Virus record (IMG/VR): IMGVR_UViG_3300021958_000035
Coordinates: 1-64,000 of that record
Reading direction: 5' to 3' (one strand)
Length of the DNA stretch: 64,000 nt
From: a virus
Taxonomy: Duplodnaviria > Caudoviricetes
The stretch's first letter is position 1. Each line of letters opens with the position of its first letter. Made by a program: the position numbers and the translations under genes. Below are positions 16,898-24,976 of this stretch, piece by piece. A model generated the notes under the pieces. That model did not search any database, was not told the DNA's origin, and worked only from the letters and a program-made list of their open reading frames with translations.

Positions 16898-17422
16898 ATG
16901 AGAAAAAACATGAAAAAAGCATTTGTATTTGATTTTGATGACACGCTGGCAACTACTGACTGTCGTGTAATTGTTCGTCGCCAAAATAATCGCGGAAGTC
17001 AAGGCTTACCTGTTCGCAGATTAAACCCAAGCGAATACAATTCCGACTTTTTAGAGGATGGTGAGGAGTATGACTTCTCAGAATTTAATTCAGAGGAGTT
17101 TATTCGTAATGCAAATCCGACTTTTCTCATGGCACTTGCCGAAGAGGTTTACAGAGAGGGCCACGCTGTTTATATCTTAACTGCGAGGTTAGATAATGTG
17201 GTTGTTGCAATAGGTGACTTTTTGTTAGGACACAATGTTAGGCCAATGAAAGTTTTTGGTGTTGGTTCTGATGAGGTCAAGCTAGACATCGCAGTGGAAA
17301 AGAAAAAGGTTTTGGAAACCCTGTGCCAAGCGTTTGACTTGGTTTACTTTTACGACGACTGCGATAAGAATTGTAATCTCGCCCGCGAGATAGGATCTGG
17401 TATTAAGGTTTATACTATTTGA
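16898..17422 (+). CDS. HAD-superfamily phosphatase
   Basis: FDFDDTL motif I, ILTAR motif II, K motif III, FYDD motif IV. Confidence 0.85.
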   Translation: MRKNMKKAFVFDFDDTLATTDCRVIVRRQNNRGSQGLPVRRLNPSEYNSDFLEDGEEYDFSEFNSEEFIRNANPTFLMALAEEVYREGHAVYILTARLDNVVVAIGDFLLGHNVRPMKVFGVGSDEVKLDIAVEKKKVLETLCQAFDLVYFYDDCDKNCNLAREIGSGIKVYTI

Positions 17423-17429
17423 GGAGGTT

Positions 17430-17639
17430 ATTATCGTTTCGTTTCACGATCTTAAAAATACTTACCGAGAAATGCTAAAGAAAGCTAGCCATGTTGTCGA
17501 TAGTAATGGTACTCACATCAGCTTTCCAGAAGAGCTTTTTTTAAAGTTTGAGCAAGAATATAATTTGTGTTTTGTTGAACCGGAAGATGACCACCTGTTT
17601 AGAAGTTGGCAGGAAAACTATGAAAGGGAAGATGAATAA
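17430..17639 (+). CDS. hypothetical protein, probable non-ATG start
   Basis: GAGGAGG RBS at 17421-27, open frame to TAA overlapping the next ATG. Confidence 0.55.
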   Translation: MIVSFHDLKNTYREMLKKASHVVDSNGTHISFPEELFLKFEQEYNLCFVEPEDDHLFRSWQENYEREDE

Positions 17640-18196
17640 TGGGATATGAGTTTACTCAAGATTATGTCACCTATCGCATCCCGCAGTGGTTAGATCTCTT
17701 CGCGGATTTCATTGGACAGCCTGATATCCAGTTTCTGGAAGTCGGCAGTTTTGAGGGGCGTAGTGCGGTTTGGTTCTTGGAGAAAGTGCTTACGCATGAA
17801 TCATCGAAGTTGGTCTGTGTTGATTCTTGGAGTATGAGTGCGGAGAGGGAGCGTAGATTCGATTTGAATATCGCTAATTCCGGGCAATCACATCGGGTTG
17901 AGAAGAAGAAGACAAAGTCTCGGCGTGCGTTGGGTTGGTTCCCTGATGAGACTTTCGACGCGATCTACGTTGATGGTTCGCATGAGGCTTGTGATGTTTT
18001 ACTCGATGCTTTATTGGCTTTGCCTTTGCTTAAACAGGGTGGGATTTTGTTATTCGATGATTATGAGTGGCAGGATAAGGAAAATCATCGTCATCACTTG
18101 CCGAAGCCGGGAATCGATGCATTCTTGAGTCTTTGCGATTATCGGGTTGAGGTGATTCATAAGGATTATCAGATAGCTGTGAGGCGGGTTGCCTAA
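17639..18196 (+). CDS. class I SAM-dependent methyltransferase (Methyltransf_24-like)
   Basis: LEVGSFEGRS, CVDSW, FDAIYVDGSH, GGILLFDDY. Confidence 0.9.
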   Translation: MGYEFTQDYVTYRIPQWLDLFADFIGQPDIQFLEVGSFEGRSAVWFLEKVLTHESSKLVCVDSWSMSAERERRFDLNIANSGQSHRVEKKKTKSRRALGWFPDETFDAIYVDGSHEACDVLLDALLALPLLKQGGILLFDDYEWQDKENHRHHLPKPGIDAFLSLCDYRVEVIHKDYQIAVRRVA

Positions 18197-18284
18197 GATG
18201 CTACTCAGGAATAATTGACGCTCTTGAATATCTAATATACGAGCGTCAGACGATTGGTGGCTAAATTCGGAAAAGGAATAAATT

Positions 18285-18539
18285 ATGTACTGCATTGGGA
18301 ATTGTTACTGCTGGGCCTTGATACTTAGATTATTTTATGGAGGTAAGATCTTTGCTTACAGTAGTGAACTCGGACCAAAGGGTAGAGAAGTTAAACATTA
18401 TATGCTAAGAGATAGGAATGGGAGGATTCGACATTTTAAGAGAGTGTTTGATATTTTTCCACCACCATTATGCTTCTTATGTTTTGTAGGAAGAATTGAG
18501 TCATCGGGTAAAAGAAATAGGGGACATGATGAGTCGTAG
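18285..18539 (+). CDS. hypothetical protein
   Basis: AAGGA RBS. Confidence 0.6.
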   Translation: MYCIGNCYCWALILRLFYGGKIFAYSSELGPKGREVKHYMLRDRNGRIRHFKRVFDIFPPPLCFLCFVGRIESSGKRNRGHDES

Positions 18540-19095
18540 GTTTGACCATAGGGACGTAAATACTTTCAAAAAAGATATCAAGTTCTGCACAATGCTGGAA
18601 AAGCATTTCTTTCACCAGTGGCTAGAGATTGCAAAGGCCCGCGACCCTAAACTTTCATGGGAGAATAATGGTTGTGGTAATGACGGTGAGTTCATCGCCA
18701 AGGGCAATACCTCTGGTGCTGATTACAAGGTCAACGAAGTTCCATTAGAAATTAAATGGGTTCCTACCGCTGGTAAGTTTACCCTGAAAGAGAATGATTT
18801 AAAAGCGTACATTCGTGAGAGTGCAGACATTTTGTTCATCTATAACACAGGAAGTGCAAACCTTAGAAAACCTAAAGACTATGACCTTGACCGTCACATT
18901 GAATTGATTGAGGATAACGCATCAGACATTGGTTGGGGTATCATGCAATCATCCGATGTTAAAAGATTATACGATGACGCTAAAGAAAACAACCTGTTCA
19001 AGCCGATACCTTACATGGGTAACAAATCGGGCGTTGTGTTGAAGTCAAAAGACTTTCATAAATATTTCGTGGAGAGAGAGTGGACAACAAAGTAG
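18526..19095 (+). CDS. putative PD-(D/E)xK nuclease-fold protein
   Basis: E...ADY...LEIKW pattern. Confidence 0.55.
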   Translation: MMSRRFDHRDVNTFKKDIKFCTMLEKHFFHQWLEIAKARDPKLSWENNGCGNDGEFIAKGNTSGADYKVNEVPLEIKWVPTAGKFTLKENDLKAYIRESADILFIYNTGSANLRKPKDYDLDRHIELIEDNASDIGWGIMQSSDVKRLYDDAKENNLFKPIPYMGNKSGVVLKSKDFHKYFVEREWTTK

Positions 19096-19154
19096 AACTA
19101 TTAGGTTATTATGGAGACGACACTACCAATACTTTTCGGAATAGGGGAAACTAA
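19080..19154 (+). pseudogene. 5' stub of a second thyX
   Basis: VDNKVELLGYYGDD matches ThyX N-terminus ENKVELLGFYGDD at 10737. Confidence 0.75.
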
Positions 19155-19510
19155 TGTATGAATATCGTGCTAGAGTCAAACGGGTTGTGGACGGAGATAC
19201 TGTAGATTTTGTGGTGGATCTTGGCTTTAAGGTGCATATGGTTATACGAACCAGACTACTCGGAGTAGACACACCTGAGCGTGGCCACCCAGCTTGGGCT
19301 AAAGCTAAAGATATGTGTCAAGATTTATTATATAAATCAGCAGGTATACATAACCCAGTCCTGCACCCATACCATCGGCATGGGTTTCCAGTCGAAACTG
19401 AGGTAATAATCAGGACAAGTAAAACAGGAAAATATGGTCGTTGGTTGGTGGAGATCGATGGTGTTACAGATGAACTTGCCAAAATTTGGCCTTATGGAGA
19501 GAAGAAATGA
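19154..19510 (+). CDS. thermonuclease (SNase) family protein
   Basis: RVVDGDT, RLLGVDTPE, GKYGRWL. Confidence 0.88.
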   Translation: MYEYRARVKRVVDGDTVDFVVDLGFKVHMVIRTRLLGVDTPERGHPAWAKAKDMCQDLLYKSAGIHNPVLHPYHRHGFPVETEVIIRTSKTGKYGRWLVEIDGVTDELAKIWPYGEKK

Positions 19511-19616
19511 GTCACATTCTTTACAAGTCAGACACTTTGCCTCAGTTGACAGATGCAGATGATCGACTTAAAACATTAAATAAATATTACAAATTGTTGG
19601 ATTAGGGTGTATAATA

Positions 19617-20021
19617 ATGAAAGTATATGTTATCGTTTCGATTGCGGCAGAGGGTAAAGTTGTCACTGACTTTTCAGTAGAACCAGTTGGTGTATGCTCA
19701 ACACTTGAAAAAGCATTGGAATATGTAAATGAATTAGAAGCAAATACACATCAAGATCCCAAAGTGTCTAGCGAAATAGCTTATGACGTATTTGAGTTTG
19801 AGCTTGATGAAGAACCTCTAACGCTAAGTTTTCTTAAAAAAGAGATGCAGGCATTTCAGAATGAGGTACAAGACGATATTTTAGAATTAATGAAAACAGG
19901 ATATGTAGACCAGTTAATTGGAGAGGACGGTAACTTTTATTATACATTGACAGATATGGGCAAGGATGAAATGAAAACCATGTCTGAGCAAATAAAGAAG
20001 TTCTTTCGCAAGAAAGACTAA
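19617..20021 (+). CDS. hypothetical protein
   Basis: acidic ORF with C-terminal winged-helix-like YYTLT..G. Confidence 0.7.
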   Translation: MKVYVIVSIAAEGKVVTDFSVEPVGVCSTLEKALEYVNELEANTHQDPKVSSEIAYDVFEFELDEEPLTLSFLKKEMQAFQNEVQDDILELMKTGYVDQLIGEDGNFYYTLTDMGKDEMKTMSEQIKKFFRKKD

Positions 20022-20257
20022 ACATGTAGACGTTGTTATTGAAACAACGCAGGACGCGAGTTCGACTCTCGCCGCCTCCAATTACCAAACCAAGGGGGCG
20101 TAATGGTATCGACTGGTTGCGTAGGTAATTACTGCATGTCGAGGTTGGTCAGTTGGCCTCGTAAAAAGCTGACTAAAATTTAATTGCAGAACCTTGTTTT
20201 GCTTTGGCGGCGTAAGCTGTCTGGGGTCTTGCCAGTACCTTATTATCCAAACTGGCT
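20022..20257 (+). ncRNA. ssrA: circularly permuted (two-piece) tmRNA; tag reading frame AEPCFALAA*
   Basis: T arm + CGCCTCCA (20073-80) precedes GGGGGCG (20094-100) with G3-U70 pair; pk1 GAGG/CCTC + TTGGTCAGTT/AGCTGACTAA; tag ORF 20186-20215. Confidence 0.9.
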
Positions 20258-20262
20258 TTTAC

Positions 20263-20334
20263 AAGCGGTAATGTTCCAAGGTGGCGACAAGGATTCCAAA
20301 TCCTCGTGGCTAGGTTCGATTCCTAGACCGCTTA
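20263..20334 (+). tRNA. tRNA-Trp(CCA)
   Basis: AAGCGGT/ACCGCTT acceptor, AGGA-TTCCAAA-TCCT, CTAGG-TTCGATT-CCTAG; weak D arm. Confidence 0.8.
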
Positions 20335-20352
20335 CTTTTTTTGGAGGTTACT

Positions 20353-20886
20353 ATGTCAGAGAAACTTATACTGTCTTATTTAATGCAAGAGAATCGACCT
20401 GATGATTGGGATAATATGTTCTTCGCTACTGCAACTTTGTGGTCGCGTAAGAGTCATGATTCCGAAACTCAGTGCGGTTGCGTATTAGTAAAGAATAAGA
20501 CAATTATAGCAACAGGTTATAACGGTTTTATTAGAGGTGTAAACGACTTCATGCTTCCTGACACAAGACCTGCTAAGTATCCTTTTATGATTCACGCAGA
20601 GGCTAACGCTATTTATAATGCTGCCCGTGAAGGTCAAAGCACAATGGGTGCAAGAGCTTATATTACAGCAATCCCATGTCGAGAATGTCTACAGATGTTA
20701 TGGCAGTGCGGAATCCACGAAATCTACTACACCAACATCTCTTCACCAAAGTCGTGCATGTGGAGCGATGGTTACAATGAAATACTAGAGCAGATTGAAG
20801 ATAGGATTGAGTTTAAGTTTTTTCCTAAGAATTACCTATGTAATTATCCACTTATTGAATCCGCAGAAAAGTTTGAAAATTTATGA
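20353..20886 (+). CDS. dCMP deaminase
   Basis: TGYNG, HAEANA, PC..C motifs. Confidence 0.9.
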   Translation: MSEKLILSYLMQENRPDDWDNMFFATATLWSRKSHDSETQCGCVLVKNKTIIATGYNGFIRGVNDFMLPDTRPAKYPFMIHAEANAIYNAAREGQSTMGARAYITAIPCRECLQMLWQCGIHEIYYTNISSPKSCMWSDGYNEILEQIEDRIEFKFFPKNYLCNYPLIESAEKFENL

Positions 20887-20893
20887 AAAACAC

Positions 20894-20922
20894 TTGACAA
20901 ATCGCGGTTTGTAGACTATAAT
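20894..20922 (+). promoter_or_regulatory. class B promoter (ssb operon)
   Basis: TTGACA-17-TATAAT with GTAGACTATAAT. Confidence 0.85.
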
Positions 20923-20973
20923 ATAGTAAACCGAAACAAAGCCAATTTAAACATTTTACAGGAGTGGATAGAA

Positions 20974-21192
20974 ATGCCGAGTATGGCGGAAATGGTAGAA
21001 GCACACCTTTTAAATGTGCAACGTGAAATCCAAACCCTTGAGGAAAGGAAGGTTGTAATCGACACAGAAATTGATAAGCTGAAAAATTATCTGGCAGAAG
21101 GTCAGGTTACTTTAAGACAAGTAAACAACACACAAAAAAAACAGGATGCACCCGCATCCACAGTATCTAGTCCCAGTTTAGGAGGATCTTAA
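20974..21192 (+). CDS. small coiled-coil protein
   Basis: AGGAG RBS, heptad pattern. Confidence 0.7.
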   Translation: MPSMAEMVEAHLLNVQREIQTLEERKVVIDTEIDKLKNYLAEGQVTLRQVNNTQKKQDAPASTVSSPSLGGS

Positions 21193-21503
21193 TGGAAAGT
21201 AATGAGTTTTATACGGCACTCACACGATTGCCAAGTAGTTATTTCAGTACAGAAGGTAAACTCACTGGCTCAATCGCTGGCGGTCAATACCGTGGCGAAG
21301 CAGTAAACCCAGTAACCGCACTCGCATACAAAGCTACGGGTACAGTTTATGGAACTAACAAGCGGGAGACTTTTCGGGCTGGTAAAACCTTGGGCCTGAA
21401 CCGAGGCTTTACTGAAACAGTTTACAACGCTACCACGGGCGGTTCGAATCGTGGTAATACACAAGTAGTTCGTGGAAAAATTCGATCAGCTTTAGGAGTT
21501 TAA
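21192..21503 (+). CDS. hypothetical protein
   Basis: GGAGG RBS, coupled. Confidence 0.75.
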   Translation: MESNEFYTALTRLPSSYFSTEGKLTGSIAGGQYRGEAVNPVTALAYKATGTVYGTNKRETFRAGKTLGLNRGFTETVYNATTGGSNRGNTQVVRGKIRSALGV

Positions 21504-21505
21504 TT

Positions 21506-21853
21506 ATGAATCAGAATTGTTGGAATGGTGCAGGACGTTTGACCAAGGATGCAGATTTTGGTGAAACCAAGAAGGGTACACCAATGTCTAAGTTTCGCTT
21601 GGCAGTAAATGATCGTCGAAATGACGACACGTTGTTTATCAATGTCCTCTGCTTTGGAAAGATGGCAGAGGCTCTCAATCCCATGCTTCTCAAAGGTCGT
21701 CTAGTTTCGATCACAGGAAAGCTCAAGGTTGACGACTATGAAGACGAGAACCAGCAGAAGAAGAGTTCTGTTTGCATTATGGCAGACGAGATTTCTGTTG
21801 GACCCGATCCTTCAACAATCACTCCAAGGGGCCATACGATCAAGCAAGACTAA
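21506..21853 (+). CDS. ssb: single-stranded DNA-binding protein
   Basis: GRLTKD, FRLAVN, KGRLVSITGKL OB-fold motifs; lacks the acidic DDIPF tail. Confidence 0.9.
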   Translation: MNQNCWNGAGRLTKDADFGETKKGTPMSKFRLAVNDRRNDDTLFINVLCFGKMAEALNPMLLKGRLVSITGKLKVDDYEDENQQKKSSVCIMADEISVGPDPSTITPRGHTIKQD

Positions 21854-21980
21854 TTCTAGCTGTATGTGGGAGTAACAAATGAAATGTTGTGGGTAATGAA
21901 TCCCATCCTTCCATTTTCTTACATCTTCTTGGCTAACAGTCAGGTTAAACGACTGACTTTCCCTTCACAGCCAAGAATAT

Positions 21981-22015
21981 ACCTCGTTGAGCATGATGCT
22001 TGACGAGGTTTTTTT
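21981..22015 (+). terminator. intrinsic terminator
   Basis: ACCTCGTTGAGC...GCTTGACGAGGT + T-run. Confidence 0.85.
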
Positions 22016-22036
22016 GTGAAAATTCCTAAAGTCCAC

Positions 22037-22064
22037 TTGACAAATAGCCGATTCATGGTATAAT
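22037..22064 (+). promoter_or_regulatory. class A promoter
   Basis: TAAAGTCCAC-TTGACA-16-TATAAT, CCGAT in spacer. Confidence 0.8.
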
Positions 22065-22102
22065 AGAGGAAAATCAAATCACTTTAGTCTAGGAGAAAAT
22101 CA

Positions 22103-22597
22103 GTGTCACCAGAAACCCTTATGTTTACTGCCAAAATGTTGGGTACAGCAATCGCCGTATTTATGGGTATTTGCTTTTTTATTGGTCTTATTGCTGGGGA
22201 AGAGGGTGGAGTAGTACCACTTAGATTGTTAGATAAAGCGGGTAGTGTAGACGATCAACACCTTTTTGCTATTGCTACAGGTAATGAAGAATACTTAGCT
22301 GCACATTGTACGCTTGATCCAAAGGTGCAGATTCAGAATGAGAAACTAGAAATTCAGAGACTTAGAAACAAATACGCAAGGATAAAAGTAGAGCAGCAGA
22401 TTGCAGACCTTGAAAACAAAAAGAGAAATGATACAGCAGGAACTCAAACTAATCCATTAATGGCAGAATGTGTTAACGCTTTGATGGGTCTTGGTGAAAA
22501 CGAATCAAAAGCAAGGGCTAAAGTCAACAAATATTTTGCAAACAATCCAAACACTAAAACTATAGATGAATTTATTGCAGGAGTATTTCAAAGATGA
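22103..22597 (+). CDS. membrane-anchored coiled-coil protein with RuvA C-terminal-like helical domain
   Basis: N-terminal TM; ECVNALMGLG...KA motif. Confidence 0.6.
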   Translation: MSPETLMFTAKMLGTAIAVFMGICFFIGLIAGEEGGVVPLRLLDKAGSVDDQHLFAIATGNEEYLAAHCTLDPKVQIQNEKLEIQRLRNKYARIKVEQQIADLENKKRNDTAGTQTNPLMAECVNALMGLGENESKARAKVNKYFANNPNTKTIDEFIAGVFQR

Positions 22598-23640
22598 GAA
22601 TTAACCTTCAATCCCCGATTAATCAATTAGGATACGGCGTTGCCTCACTAAACATACTCAAGGCATTACAGAATAAAGCAGAAGTTTCCCTTTTTCCTAT
22701 CGGGCAACCGCAAGTCACCAATCAGGAAGATGCAACTGCGGTCAGGAAGGGTGTGGAAGTTGCAAAAACATTTGACCCACAAGCACCCTGTATTAAAATT
22801 TGGCATCAGAACCAGATGGCAGAACGTATAGGGTCAGGTAAGTTTATTGGCTTCCCTATCTTTGAGTTGGACACATTTAATAATATGGAAAAACACCATA
22901 TGTTATCGTGTGATGAACTCATGGTTTGTTCAGAGTGGGCAAGAAACGTTGTTGCAGAGAATGCTTGTGGTAACGGTAAGATTCACGTTATTCCTCTTGG
23001 TGTAGACGCAGAACTATTCCCACCAGCACCAGTAAGGCAGGATAACAAGACAATCTTCTTCAACTGTGGCAAGTGGGAAATCCGTAAGGGGCACGATATT
23101 CTCATTAATGCTTTCAAAAAAGTGCTTGAGCATGGAGAGGATGCAGAATTGTGGATGATGTGTAGCAATCCATTTAACTCCCCTGAAGAAGATGCCCGAT
23201 GGAGTCAGCTTTATAACCATCCAAAAGTCAAGCTAATTCCAAGGGCTGACACACAAGCAGAAGTGTATAATATTATGTCTCAAGTAGATTGCGGTGTCTT
23301 TCCTTCTCGCGGAGAAGGCTGGAATCTGGAACTTTTAGAAATGATGTCTGCTGGTAAGCATGTGGTGACTACCAATTATTCTGCTCATACTGAGTTTTGC
23401 ACTGAAGAAAACAGCGGACTCGTGACGATAAGCGATGTAGAACCAGCGTTTGATGGGAAGTGGTTCTTTGGTCAGGGTAACTGGGCAAAAATCACAGAAC
23501 ATACTCAGCTTGATTTGTATATGAAGATGATAAATTATATTCTGGACAAGAGGGGTACTTTGAACGAAGCTGGAATTGAAACTGCCAAAAAGTTCTCTTG
23601 GGAAAATACAGTCGATCAAATCCTAAAGGTATTGGAGTAA
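22594..23640 (+). CDS. glycosyltransferase family 4 (GT-B)
   Basis: GKWEIRKGHD, PSRGEGWNLELLEMMSAGK. Confidence 0.9.
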   Translation: MRINLQSPINQLGYGVASLNILKALQNKAEVSLFPIGQPQVTNQEDATAVRKGVEVAKTFDPQAPCIKIWHQNQMAERIGSGKFIGFPIFELDTFNNMEKHHMLSCDELMVCSEWARNVVAENACGNGKIHVIPLGVDAELFPPAPVRQDNKTIFFNCGKWEIRKGHDILINAFKKVLEHGEDAELWMMCSNPFNSPEEDARWSQLYNHPKVKLIPRADTQAEVYNIMSQVDCGVFPSRGEGWNLELLEMMSAGKHVVTTNYSAHTEFCTEENSGLVTISDVEPAFDGKWFFGQGNWAKITEHTQLDLYMKMINYILDKRGTLNEAGIETAKKFSWENTVDQILKVLE

Positions 23641-23642
23641 AA

Positions 23643-23981
23643 ATGGGAGATGAAAGAAGTACGCTAGTAAGTCTTCAGTATAGCATTGATGCCAATGGTG
23701 AAATATACATAGATATATCCTTAGAGGATTATTCAGAAGAAATAATTAAAAAATTCGCAGTTTTATTGGCTTCAATATCTACAACAAGTTTCGAAGTTCA
23801 AACACTTAAAGTGGCACAAGACACTTTTCTTGCAAATGGTAGACAAAAAGAAATGCTTATGCTTACTAAAGAAATGCTCGAAAAACAAAGGGTGTTTAAC
23901 AAATTAAATGAAGGAGAACTGGTTGAGAAGAAGGAAAATAATCAGGATGACCCATTAATTAAACCAACTGACCTAATGTAA
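23643..23981 (+). CDS. hypothetical protein
   Basis: GGAG RBS + ATG 23643. Confidence 0.7.
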   Translation: MGDERSTLVSLQYSIDANGEIYIDISLEDYSEEIIKKFAVLLASISTTSFEVQTLKVAQDTFLANGRQKEMLMLTKEMLEKQRVFNKLNEGELVEKKENNQDDPLIKPTDLM

Positions 23982-23991
23982 GGAGTCTATC

Positions 23992-24432
23992 ATAAAAAAA
24001 ATAAATAAAAAGTTGCAGATAGGATGGCAGAAATATGAAGACACAATAGAGTCCCAACTAAATAACCCTCTTTTGGAGATGATTATAAATAAAAGTATGG
24101 GTCCAGAGATTCCTTTGGAAGATTTAGACGAAAAAGAATTAGAGCAGTTAGAAAGTATGCCTACACAATTTGAACCTAATTTTATGGTTTCAATTGATAA
24201 CCAATTGATGGAGAAAGTTTCTATGGCACAAAGCCTTGATTGTTGGCTGGGCCACACTAATTTTAACATAACAGAAAAAATTAGAGATAAAATTGAAAAA
24301 AGTGAAGGTGTTGAAGCATTGAAGATATGTAGTAGATACAGATTCTTCCTTGGCGTTGGCAAAATGTTTGAATTTACAGATGTCAGAAATAATATTGAAA
24401 ACCTACTTACTAATTTTGAGGACAAAAATTAA
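23992..24432 (+). CDS. hypothetical protein (possible ATA start)
   Basis: AAGGAG RBS 6 nt before in-frame ATA; WLGHTNFNIT...GVE...RYRFF.GVG motif. Confidence 0.7.
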   Translation: MKKINKKLQIGWQKYEDTIESQLNNPLLEMIINKSMGPEIPLEDLDEKELEQLESMPTQFEPNFMVSIDNQLMEKVSMAQSLDCWLGHTNFNITEKIRDKIEKSEGVEALKICSRYRFFLGVGKMFEFTDVRNNIENLLTNFEDKN

Positions 24433-24433
24433 C

Positions 24434-24901
24434 ATGAACAAATACGAACAGTACCTAAATGACGTTGACACTATGAAAACTGCCTATAATGCAGCATCTT
24501 CATTCAGAAATATTCTGACCTCAGAAGAAATTAAAAGCTGTGTTTTAAAAGCACTGTTCAGAGCCGTGAATAAGTATGACAAATCCAGAAACGTAAAATT
24601 TACATCATACCTATACAACGGAGTAAGATTTGAGTGTCTTAGTCAGACTAAAACTAACAAAAGGCACAAGAGACGACTAACCAACGCCATTCCTGATACG
24701 CGAAATCCTATGGCAGAATTTGAAATGAAAGATGTAATTGAGTCAGTTTGTGACGATGCTGAGCTTATTTTCGACAGATTCTATAAAAATATGACAATTA
24801 CGGAGATTGCGAAGATCAGGAAAGTATGCGGAGAGACTGTCAGAATAAGAATTGCGAAAAATCTTGAAAAGATGAGGATTTCACTTAAAAAAAGTGTATA
24901 A
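24434..24901 (+). CDS. sigma-70 family RNA polymerase sigma factor (regions 2 and 4)
   Basis: A..KYD...KFTSYLY region 2; MTITEIA.......ETVR region-4 HTH. Confidence 0.8.
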   Translation: MNKYEQYLNDVDTMKTAYNAASSFRNILTSEEIKSCVLKALFRAVNKYDKSRNVKFTSYLYNGVRFECLSQTKTNKRHKRRLTNAIPDTRNPMAEFEMKDVIESVCDDAELIFDRFYKNMTITEIAKIRKVCGETVRIRIAKNLEKMRISLKKSV

Positions 24902-24976
24902 TATAACGGACTTGGACTACGATCAGGACACCGGGAAATCTAACACTTTTTATTTATTTCAATTAGGAGATTTACT

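Noticed and set aside
19508-19606. 32-aa ORF MSHILYKSDTLPQL... and 29-aa ORF at 50339-50428
   Set aside because: Plausibly coupled mini-ORFs or stubs, but no recognisable motif supports a call
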